A stretch of 50,209 bases of DNA from Candidatus Micrarchaeota archaeon (GCA_027366155.1 DAHXKV010000055.1:1-50209), one strand, 5' to 3'; positions 19,211 to 27,450 are shown, counted from the stretch's first letter. Notes: a model not told the origin generated them from the sequence alone. Made by a program: numbers and translations.

Positions 19211-20485
19211 ATGATACTTAGGGACGTGGAGAGGGAAGTCATCAAGGCAGATGCGAACGGATTTGTCCTGCCCCGTTACGATGGATTCTCCCTATACAAC
19301 GTGCCGCACACCGCAACCAACATACTGGGAGGCAAACCCGCAGGCAGGATTCTTGACGCCTCGATAGGAAACAGGCTAGACACGCATGGCATAAAGAAGG
19401 TGGCCATCCTTCTCGTGGACGGCTTTGGCTATGACATGTTCGTAAAGTCAATGGGTTACGCGTCATTCTTCAGGAAGATATCGGAAAAGGGCATAATTGC
19501 CCCTATAACGAGCGGCTTTCCCTCAACCACTGCTGCCTCGATTACAACGATGAACACAGGCCTGACGCCGCCGGAGCACGGTCTGCTGGAATGGGTATTG
19601 TACTTCAAGGAGATAGGAAAGACTATAAACACGCTGCCTTTCACCTCTATGGACAATGTGCCGCTCAGGGGCAAGCACAGCCCGGAAATACTTTACTCAG
19701 GAAAGACCCTATACGAGCATCTGAACAAGGAAGGAATAAACGCTTACTCAATAATAGACAGGCAGCTTGACAAATCGGAGTACAACAACCTATTCAGCAA
19801 AGCAAAGAAGGGCATAACCCATGTTAAGAATTCAGACCTTGCAATAAGGCTCCGCGACGCACTTGAAGGCGAAAAAGGAAAGGGATACTTCTACGCATAT
19901 ATCTCAAGCGTTGACACCAGCACCCATGCACACGGCCCCCATACTGAAGAGTCGGAAGCAGAGATACTCTCTGTTTCGCATTCGATTGAAGACGGCCTTC
20001 TGGCAAAGCTTAAGCAGGAGACAGCGGAAGAGACACTACTCATGATAACCGCAGACCATGGTCACACCTTGCTGGATCCGAAGAAGACGATATACCTGAA
20101 CCGCTACAGAAGTCTTGATGCCCTCTACGCCAGAGACAGTAACGGTACAGCCATACCTCCTGTTGGAAGCCCCAGGGACGTCTTTCTACACATAAGGGCG
20201 GGCAAGCTCCAGGAAGCTGCAGATTTCCTATCAAAAAAGCTCGAGGACACGGCCGAAGTTCTAAAAATTGACGAAGCTATAGAGAAGGGCATATTCGGAG
20301 ACCAGACAAGCAAGGCATTCTCCGAGCGCGCGGGCAACCTGATAATCCTTCCTTTCGGTGGAAAGTCGGTATGGTACGAACACGTGCATGGAAAGAAACA
20401 CGAGATGATAGGGATGCACGGAGGGCTTAGCAAAGAGGAAATGCTTATCCCATTAGCAGCAGTAAGGCTCTCAGAACTGATATGA
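19211..20485 (+). CDS. Alkaline-phosphatase-superfamily nucleotide pyrophosphatase/phosphodiesterase
   Basis: Motifs LVDGFG, FPSTT, TGL.PPEHG, D..THAHGP, TADHG and GMHGG..EM. Confidence 0.9.
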   Translation: MILRDVEREVIKADANGFVLPRYDGFSLYNVPHTATNILGGKPAGRILDASIGNRLDTHGIKKVAILLVDGFGYDMFVKSMGYASFFRKISEKGIIAPITSGFPSTTAASITTMNTGLTPPEHGLLEWVLYFKEIGKTINTLPFTSMDNVPLRGKHSPEILYSGKTLYEHLNKEGINAYSIIDRQLDKSEYNNLFSKAKKGITHVKNSDLAIRLRDALEGEKGKGYFYAYISSVDTSTHAHGPHTEESEAEILSVSHSIEDGLLAKLKQETAEETLLMITADHGHTLLDPKKTIYLNRYRSLDALYARDSNGTAIPPVGSPRDVFLHIRAGKLQEAADFLSKKLEDTAEVLKIDEAIEKGIFGDQTSKAFSERAGNLIILPFGGKSVWYEHVHGKKHEMIGMHGGLSKEEMLIPLAAVRLSELI

Positions 20486-20731
20486 ACTGACTATATGCCT
20501 CTGGGCAAAGCCCACCCATGGCCTAAAGAACCACTGCCCCTGCTTTCCCATGGTCTCTCATATAAATATGCTCCTCAAGCCAGGCAATTAATGGCCGCGT
20601 CCCACGCACAAGGCTTATAAATCTGAGACGCATTAAATTATCCTAATTGTAGATGCGGGCTCTGCATGGTTTTGAGAAGCACTAGCTAGCCTACCATTCG
20701 CGCTACAATCGCTAGAGGAAAAGGCTTTAGT

Positions 20732-22831
20732 ATGCGCAAGAACCAAAATGATCTTACGGACAAGGAGGTGCTTTTGGGTTACAAGAAGGCGCTTTCCTCT
20801 ATGGGGATAAGTGAGCTCATAAGACTCTTGCCTGAAGACAGCCCAGCAAATTACCAGTCCATAATAGCCGATTATGTAGTAAAGGCCATATGGTACTCAA
20901 GACAAGGCACAGATGCGCACAGGCAAAGTGCAGCAAGCCTTCTCTATGGGAAAAATTTTATAAAAAAGGAAGGCACACTGGGAGACATGATTCTTCTAAT
21001 GCAGCTTATTGAAGTTGTAGACCAGCTTGAAAAATTCGAAAAGTATCCAGTAACGGTAAATTCGCTCAAGACTCTACGCGGCACGCTGATAAAAAACCTA
21101 TTTGGAAATAGCAAATATGGCCCTGGACTGAGGAGATACAGGAACAGCACAGGTCCGTACATAACCGAACCGATGGAAAGCATGTCCAACCAACTTAAAA
21201 AAACAATTAGTTTGCTAAACACCAAGCACGAGGATCCAACTGAAGCCTTCATGAATGGTATCCAGTTCTATGCAGAATTCATAAAAATACACCCATTTGA
21301 GGATACTGACGGAAGGACTGCAAGACTGCTATACAACTGGTATGCTATAAAAAACAGGATAAGGGCCATTCATATAAGCGAAGAGTTTAAGGATATGTAC
21401 ACCGAAGTCCTTCACCCTTACTATCTTTCAGGATATATCGGCTCAGCTGTTACCTCGATGCTGCTACTTACGTTAACTCCTAGGCGGATAGACCGGCTTA
21501 AGAAACTTATGAAAAGGGAGGAAACGGATTCATTGACGATAGTGGAGTTGAAAGCACTGCTTAAAGCAAGCCTTAACATGGCAGACCCGGAAGAACTGGG
21601 AAGGGATGTGTCAAGGCTTTTTGAGGCCCGGTCAGAAAAAAAGAACTATTCATATGCAGCTCTATGGCTTTGCAACTTAACTAATCTGGATCACGAAGTT
21701 ATAAGGCGAGCCTACGAAGAAACAGAAGATCCAAAGCTAAGGGTACTTGCAGTTAACGTAATGAGCAAAATAAATTATCAAAAATATAAAGACCTAATAA
21801 TGGGATCACTACTTAAAGACCCTGACGAAAATGTGAGGGCGCAGGCTGTCATGCAGATAGGCCTGAAAGGCGATATTAATAAGATACATCCAAAAATAAT
21901 CGAATCGGAAAAAAGCGCACTTGTACTAATGACTCTTGGCAAAGCCTTGACTTTTGTTGATGGTCATGGGGAAACAGAACCAAACATGCTCCAAAAAACA
22001 ATAAAACGCCTCATGGCAGACGAAGAACCCAATGTGAGACTGAGGGGATACCAGGCATTTGCTGCAAGATCCGGGGTGGAAGAAATAACCGGTATGCTGG
22101 CTGGCGACTTCCTAAAAATTGATTCTATGCTCCAAAAAGAAGTAATTGTAGAACTGAACAGGACTAACAGATTAAACACACCACAAATATCGCGTAGGCT
22201 TTCAGAACTTGCAAAAGACGATATAACAATAAAACAACACCTGCTCGGCGAACTTGGTATTAAAGGCGTTTCAGGGAATGGATACGAGAGTTTATTCAGG
22301 CACATACTCTCAACAAACGGCCACACCGACGGCGAAAGAGCCCATGCGATATATTTGCTAGGGAAGCAAAAGGGCTATGACTACCTATGCGAGCTAAAAG
22401 AACTCCTGGGCCCTGTATACTCGAAACTCGAAAAACTGGCCGTAGCCCTTGTATATCTTGATTCATTAGAAAGCACAAATGGTATTTCCCCACCCAAACA
22501 CACGCTGAACGACATACTTCCTTCAGGATCAAGCCTAGAAATCATGGCAAAGGTGGCTCTGGCAATAGAGGTAAGCAAATCAGGGCACGACATCGATAAC
22601 AGAGTACTCAGTGTGCTCACCGAAGGCAATACAGGTTCCAATCCATTCGGCATGGTCCTTAGGGGGAGAGCCAACGGAGAAACCAACGCAAGAGCAAATG
22701 GAGGGGCAATGGAAACTATCTTTAACGAGATAGTAAGGCTATGTACTAAACACCCAGAACCATCCACTCCAACAACCACTCTACGAGCAGAAGCTCCACG
22801 TAGTCCACGTCCGAGGATGCGCCTGAATTAA
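20732..22831 (+). CDS. Fic/Fido-domain protein with C-terminal HEAT-like repeats
   Basis: Fic-like motif IHPFEDTDGRTARLL with an upstream PG..RYR flap. HEAT repeats DPKLRVLAV, DPDENVRAQAV, DEEPNVRLRG and ERAHAIYLLG. Confidence 0.82.
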   Translation: MRKNQNDLTDKEVLLGYKKALSSMGISELIRLLPEDSPANYQSIIADYVVKAIWYSRQGTDAHRQSAASLLYGKNFIKKEGTLGDMILLMQLIEVVDQLEKFEKYPVTVNSLKTLRGTLIKNLFGNSKYGPGLRRYRNSTGPYITEPMESMSNQLKKTISLLNTKHEDPTEAFMNGIQFYAEFIKIHPFEDTDGRTARLLYNWYAIKNRIRAIHISEEFKDMYTEVLHPYYLSGYIGSAVTSMLLLTLTPRRIDRLKKLMKREETDSLTIVELKALLKASLNMADPEELGRDVSRLFEARSEKKNYSYAALWLCNLTNLDHEVIRRAYEETEDPKLRVLAVNVMSKINYQKYKDLIMGSLLKDPDENVRAQAVMQIGLKGDINKIHPKIIESEKSALVLMTLGKALTFVDGHGETEPNMLQKTIKRLMADEEPNVRLRGYQAFAARSGVEEITGMLAGDFLKIDSMLQKEVIVELNRTNRLNTPQISRRLSELAKDDITIKQHLLGELGIKGVSGNGYESLFRHILSTNGHTDGERAHAIYLLGKQKGYDYLCELKELLGPVYSKLEKLAVALVYLDSLESTNGISPPKHTLNDILPSGSSLEIMAKVALAIEVSKSGHDIDNRVLSVLTEGNTGSNPFGMVLRGRANGETNARANGGAMETIFNEIVRLCTKHPEPSTPTTTLRAEAPRSPRPRMRLN

Positions 22832-22843
22832 CAATAGCCCCTT

Positions 22844-23716
22844 ATGGTATTGAGAATGAAAATTAATGCCACTGCAAAACGCGCTTCTCGGCTGCACGAG
22901 ATGCTTAGGTCAAAGGAAGGCGTAGTCCTAGACAAGGACGGTGTCTTAATAGACAACTCCGGGCTAGTATTTGCCAATCTTCAACTTGGATTTCATCGAG
23001 CTGGCGAGCCTTTCAATTTTGAGAAGCGTTTGGTCTGGAGCCTTAACGGCATCGACAGGAGCTTTATGGGGACAAAACCGGTAATGGCATTGCTCTGCAT
23101 GAATAAACTGGCCAATATCTGCGGAGAGAAAGATCCAAACTCGCTGCTTAGAGAGATACTTTCTAAAGCTGATGCACCTCACATCCTTACCAAAATCATA
23201 AATTCGCACACTACAGAAGACGACCACTCAAAAGCAGAGGAAATATACTGGCACGACGGCGGCTCCTTCTTCAATTCGGAGGAAGGCACCAGGCACTTAA
23301 GACAGTCTTTCAGGGCAAGAGAAGCGCTGGAACGCTTGCTAGGCCTGTATTCTGGAAAAGTTGCTATACTCACAAACGCGCCGAAAAGATCCAGTGTAGA
23401 AAGAAATCTTAAAAAGACTGGCTTTGGCGAACTCACGGACCACCTTTTAATACTTACTGGAGAAGATGTAGTAAATTCAAAGCCTAATCCTGAAGGCCTA
23501 TATACAATATCGCGCAAACTCGGAATTAAGATCCCTTCCTTGTTCTTTGTTGGGGATTCGGTTACTGACATAGACACTGCAAAAGGGTGTGGAATGGATT
23601 CTGTAGCACTCTATGGCGGCGCCGGATTTCCAATACACCTGAAGAATGCACGCCCCACGGCAACGGCACTCAACGTAATGTCTGTTGCAGAGGCATCGCA
23701 AGTCAAAAGGGGATGA
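22844..23716 (+). CDS. HAD-superfamily hydrolase (PGPase-like) with N-terminal extension
   Basis: Motif I DKDGVLID, motif II LTN, motif III KPNPEG and motif IV VGDSVTD. Confidence 0.9.
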   Translation: MVLRMKINATAKRASRLHEMLRSKEGVVLDKDGVLIDNSGLVFANLQLGFHRAGEPFNFEKRLVWSLNGIDRSFMGTKPVMALLCMNKLANICGEKDPNSLLREILSKADAPHILTKIINSHTTEDDHSKAEEIYWHDGGSFFNSEEGTRHLRQSFRAREALERLLGLYSGKVAILTNAPKRSSVERNLKKTGFGELTDHLLILTGEDVVNSKPNPEGLYTISRKLGIKIPSLFFVGDSVTDIDTAKGCGMDSVALYGGAGFPIHLKNARPTATALNVMSVAEASQVKRG

Positions 23717-24031
23717 AGCCTACCTAAACAAACTTCTAATCCTCTCAAAGCATACAAAAAAGGACAAATCACTTTAGACAGCAACAAATGCGCGAGTTAA
23801 CAACGGAGTTTAAAAGAAACGATAACCGCGAGACCCCTAAGGCAGAATGCTGGATAGCGATGGGGAAGAAAATACAGTATCCTACTTTGTAGGCGTATGC
23901 AAGGCTCGACGGGTCTTTTTGCCTGCTAATACTGCTACCGAAACAAAGGGCTAAGTTTAAATCTTTTCAAGTCATAATAATAAGTGGAGCCAGATGACCA
24001 ACTGTCTCCAAATATACGACCAGGTGAAAGA

Positions 24032-24238
24032 ATGGAAAGACAAAAACCAGTAGCGAGCGGCGCATCAACGACAAGACAGGCAGGGCCTGCAGATCAGGCA
24101 GGTATACAGGCAAAGCCCACGTCCATCTCCCAGGCGGAGATGTGGCGCATACAGGCGGCCATAATAGGAGAAAGAAGGCCCCGTACAGTCACAGCGGCTC
24201 CCGGGTTTCTTAAGGATGGCCATCTGCTAAGGGCATAA
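24032..24238 (+). CDS. Small orphan protein (68 aa, A/Q/R/T-rich)
   Basis: Strong SD AGGTGA before ATG 24032, an upstream TTTAAAT TATA box and a downstream perfect hairpin. Confidence 0.55.
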   Translation: MERQKPVASGASTTRQAGPADQAGIQAKPTSISQAEMWRIQAAIIGERRPRTVTAAPGFLKDGHLLRA

Positions 24239-24254
24239 GCAAGACAGAAAATGT

Positions 24255-24278
24255 CCGGTAGCTTTCACAAGCTACCGG
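24255..24278 (+). terminator. Perfect 10-bp stem-loop after the small orphan ORF
   Basis: CCGGTAGCTT-TCAC-AAGCTACCGG. A terminator or stability role is inferred. Confidence 0.45.
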
Positions 24279-24320
24279 GGCGGGAACTAACTTTTCCTAA
24301 TGCATAAAGCGTAAATACGT

Positions 24321-24332
24321 TATACTTGTATA
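24321..24332. promoter_or_regulatory. Putative RHH operator
   Basis: TATAC-TT-GTATA palindrome between a TATA-like GTAAATA and the start of the RHH fusion gene. Confidence 0.4.
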
Positions 24333-24348
24333 GTTATCCGGTCTGGAA

Positions 24349-25203
24349 ATGAAGGAAAGACTTACTATAACGCTTGACAGCAAGCTACTAGAAAGTCTCG
24401 ATGCAACGATAGATGGAGTAAATGTGAGGAACAGGTCGCATGCCATAGAGCGCCTCCTCGACATGGTCCTTACGCAGTCTATGACAAAAAAGGCAATCGT
24501 GCTAGCCGGAGGGAACACACTGAGCTTCAAAGGTCAGCACGATGTACCTAAACCAATGCTAATGGTCAAAGGCAGGCCAATCCTTGAGTACGTGATAAGG
24601 GAGCTCAAAAGAAACGAAATAACTGAGGTGCTCATGGCAATAGGCCACGGCGGAGAAAAGATAGTATCATACTTCGGAGACGGCTCAATGTTCGGCGTCA
24701 GTATAAACTACATAAAAGAAGACACACCAAAAGGAACCGCGAATGCACTCTCCCTTGCAAGGGGCCTTGTCGGATCAGCCCCATTTTTTGTAATAAATGG
24801 GGACAACATCTTCAAGATAAACCTTAAGGAAATGTACAAACAGCATGTGTCAACTAAGGCCCTTGCTACCATATCATTAGCAACAGCTGACGTGACCTTA
24901 GGTTTCGGCGTCACACGGCTTGACGGCTTCAAAGTAACCCGCTTTCTGGAGAAGCCAGCCAATGAAAAAGGAAAGCTGGTAAGCGCCGGCATATACTTAT
25001 TCAACCCAGCCATCTTTGACATAATAGAAAAAGAAGGTGCCGCGCGCTCCATGCTTGAACGCAACGTCTTCCCGAAGCTGTCCAGCTCCGGAAACCTGTA
25101 TGGATACGCATTCTCTACGCCATGGTATCCCCTAGATTCCAAGAACATTGGAGAGAGCCTCGCCAAATTGGAAAAGATCGCCGCTACCTTTGAAAGAGAA
25201 TAA
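24349..25203 (+). CDS. Ribbon-helix-helix domain fused to an NDP-sugar pyrophosphorylase-like domain
   Basis: N-terminal RHH (ERLTITLD..LL..LD....NRSHAIE.LL), then AIVLAGG, PKPML, GTA, INGD, FLEKP and AGIY. Confidence 0.88.
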   Translation: MKERLTITLDSKLLESLDATIDGVNVRNRSHAIERLLDMVLTQSMTKKAIVLAGGNTLSFKGQHDVPKPMLMVKGRPILEYVIRELKRNEITEVLMAIGHGGEKIVSYFGDGSMFGVSINYIKEDTPKGTANALSLARGLVGSAPFFVINGDNIFKINLKEMYKQHVSTKALATISLATADVTLGFGVTRLDGFKVTRFLEKPANEKGKLVSAGIYLFNPAIFDIIEKEGAARSMLERNVFPKLSSSGNLYGYAFSTPWYPLDSKNIGESLAKLEKIAATFERE

Positions 25204-25303
25204 CCGTAATCCACCAGCAACCTGCTCCTAACGCCAGGCTTAAATATCTTAACTTATAATGTATTATCTAGTATTACTTTATCATATAAAGTATGATAAT
25301 TAG

Positions 25304-26215
25304 GTGCAACAATTGGACTTTAGAGCTACAGGTGCAAGGGAAAGGAACCATCTACGAGATAGCTGTGCAGTTCTTTCTTCGTTGCTTGAAGACGTGTACA
25401 GGGCCAAAACACACGAAACCAGGGATATTTCAAGGCCTGAAATAGTAAAACCAGAACCTGGAAAAACAGTTACCTTTTCACACTCCGGAACAGAGCTTTC
25501 TATAATCTGGAATTCTGAAAGAAAATTCAAAGATGCACCTGAAGGGTACACAATGGTTCTGTCAGAAAGCAAGTTCGCAGCTGAATGGAGGCTCGCTTCA
25601 AAGGAAGGGAGGTTCGACGATGTAAATGGGATAATCTCACCTCCGGGGACAAGATATACGGTAGACAAAAAAACCAACAGCCCCATTTACCGTGCATCAA
25701 TGAAGCCTAATGGCGCAGAAGGCAGAGCATTATGTTTCGATTCCCCTGTTGGTTTTTCTAACGGGGACGTGAAAAGGCATCTTTTTGGAGAAGAACCTGT
25801 AAAACTAATGGTGCCCTTAAACCTGTACAATCACAAGCTTGCCGAAGGGGGAACTAAAATACTGTCAAACGCAAAAAAGGATATTGTTATTGGTCCTTCA
25901 AACCAAGAGTTTTCTGCAGGAGGCCCTTTATCAAGGCAAGATTTTCACCTGCATGAGCGCATATGCGAAATTTACATCGCTTTTGGCAGCGTGAAGGTAT
26001 TTTATATATCAAAAGAAGGCCGGATAGAGTATATTGAGGAATCCGACGGAAATGCAATAGTGGTAAAACCCGGAACGCCCCACTACACCATACTTGCCGG
26101 AGAAACTCCTTCATTTGTTATGATGGGAAGTCCTCTACCTCTTTTTGGAGACAAGCATGTGGTCCTTCCGCACGGCGAGATAACCGCGCTTGCAAACGCC
26201 TTTCGTGCAAACTGA
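25304..26215 (+). CDS. Unknown N-terminal domain plus C-terminal cupin
   Basis: Cupin motifs FHLHERICEIY and VKPGTPH. The real start may be TTG 25313 after AGGTG. Confidence 0.7.
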   Translation: MQQLDFRATGARERNHLRDSCAVLSSLLEDVYRAKTHETRDISRPEIVKPEPGKTVTFSHSGTELSIIWNSERKFKDAPEGYTMVLSESKFAAEWRLASKEGRFDDVNGIISPPGTRYTVDKKTNSPIYRASMKPNGAEGRALCFDSPVGFSNGDVKRHLFGEEPVKLMVPLNLYNHKLAEGGTKILSNAKKDIVIGPSNQEFSAGGPLSRQDFHLHERICEIYIAFGSVKVFYISKEGRIEYIEESDGNAIVVKPGTPHYTILAGETPSFVMMGSPLPLFGDKHVVLPHGEITALANAFRAN

Positions 26216-26224
26216 GTGGTAACA

Positions 26225-26758
26225 ATGGCTAGTGGCAATGCTGGAAAAGGCTATTCTCTCTGGTTGATTCCTGCCAAACCTTTGTACTCAACACTAAAGG
26301 AAAAGATACTCGAACTGGGTTCCAATTACAACGCACCGGAATTTGAACCACACATGACACTTGTGGGAAATATCCGGATGGGCGTGGAAACTGCGATTGC
26401 CAATACCAAAGCACTGGCAGCCGGAATGGCCCGCGTTCCGGGAAGTTTTTCGGGACTCGGAAATTCGGAAGACTACTTCAAATGCGTATACATAGAAATA
26501 AAGAAAACAGACTATCTAATGCGCTACAATCGCGAAGCTAGAAAAGTATTCGGAACTGTGCGGCAAGGGACCTATGAACCACACATAAGCCTTATTTATG
26601 GCTGGATCCCCGCCACTAAGAGGAAGGAGATATCCGAAGGCTTACATATTGATGCAGCGCTCAAATTCCCGTTTGATGCATTGTCTCTGTATTCGACAGA
26701 GGGGCAAGTCGGCGAATGGTCTGAGGCCGCAAGATTCGTCCTCAAGCCTTCAACGTGA
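26225..26758 (+). CDS. 2H phosphoesterase (cyclic phosphodiesterase-like)
   Basis: YSLWLIP and two HxS/T motifs (FEPHMTL, YEPHISL). Confidence 0.9.
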   Translation: MASGNAGKGYSLWLIPAKPLYSTLKEKILELGSNYNAPEFEPHMTLVGNIRMGVETAIANTKALAAGMARVPGSFSGLGNSEDYFKCVYIEIKKTDYLMRYNREARKVFGTVRQGTYEPHISLIYGWIPATKRKEISEGLHIDAALKFPFDALSLYSTEGQVGEWSEAARFVLKPST

Positions 26759-26924
26759 TGGGAAAAGACCTCCAAAATGCAAACTCCGAGCCAAAATCAC
26801 GTAAACAATGTCCTCCAGAACCCCTGCCATGCCCGGGATTATGCAGGAAAAATTACTAATGGTAATTTTAAATGCCATATGATTTATAGCCATCCAATGT
26901 GCACTACAATGCAAGTCGAATGCT

Positions 26925-27449
26925 ATGTCCTCCGTATTGTCTAGACCCCAAGCTACGTCGTTGCGAAAATTTTCCGAAACTGACCTAAAGGGAGTGATAA
27001 ATCTCTACAGGCAGGGCTTTGGAGGGCCCCCATGGAACCTGGAATTCACAGCCCAATGGGTTGAAGATGAGATAAGAAAGATAAGGAAAGCACCTGAAAG
27101 TCACATGATAGTGGCAGTTTCAGGACCTAAAGTGATAGCGATAAGCGCCGCCCACGTTCTCGACCAGAATGAATTTCCGTTTTTAAGTTCTGTCCTGCGC
27201 GGAAGTAAAACTGCATATGGTGCCGCATTGGTTGTAGACGAAGAACACAGAAGAACCGGCATAGCAAGCAAGCTTGTTGGAGAACGCGTGCCTTTTTTCG
27301 CTAAACGCGGATGTGATCTCATGGTGGGAAGAACAAAAAACCCAAGAATGGAAAACCTATACCACGAACTGGGGTACACCAATACTGGGATAAGAGACCC
27401 AAAATATCCTGACAGCTCGTACTTCCTCCTGGAAATCAAAAGGAGTTAG
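26925..27449 (+). CDS. GNAT family N-acetyltransferase
   Basis: Motif A LVVDEEHRRTGIASKL, LY..LGY and N-terminal FGGPPWN. Confidence 0.88.
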   Translation: MSSVLSRPQATSLRKFSETDLKGVINLYRQGFGGPPWNLEFTAQWVEDEIRKIRKAPESHMIVAVSGPKVIAISAAHVLDQNEFPFLSSVLRGSKTAYGAALVVDEEHRRTGIASKLVGERVPFFAKRGCDLMVGRTKNPRMENLYHELGYTNTGIRDPKYPDSSYFLLEIKRS

Positions 27450-27450
27450 C

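Noticed and set aside
26808..26927. Upstream in-frame ATGTCCTCC start with a single TGA before the GNAT gene (selenocysteine or readthrough?)
   Set aside because: The extension runs through the TATA box and operator, looks non-coding, and has no redox-motif context or visible SECIS.
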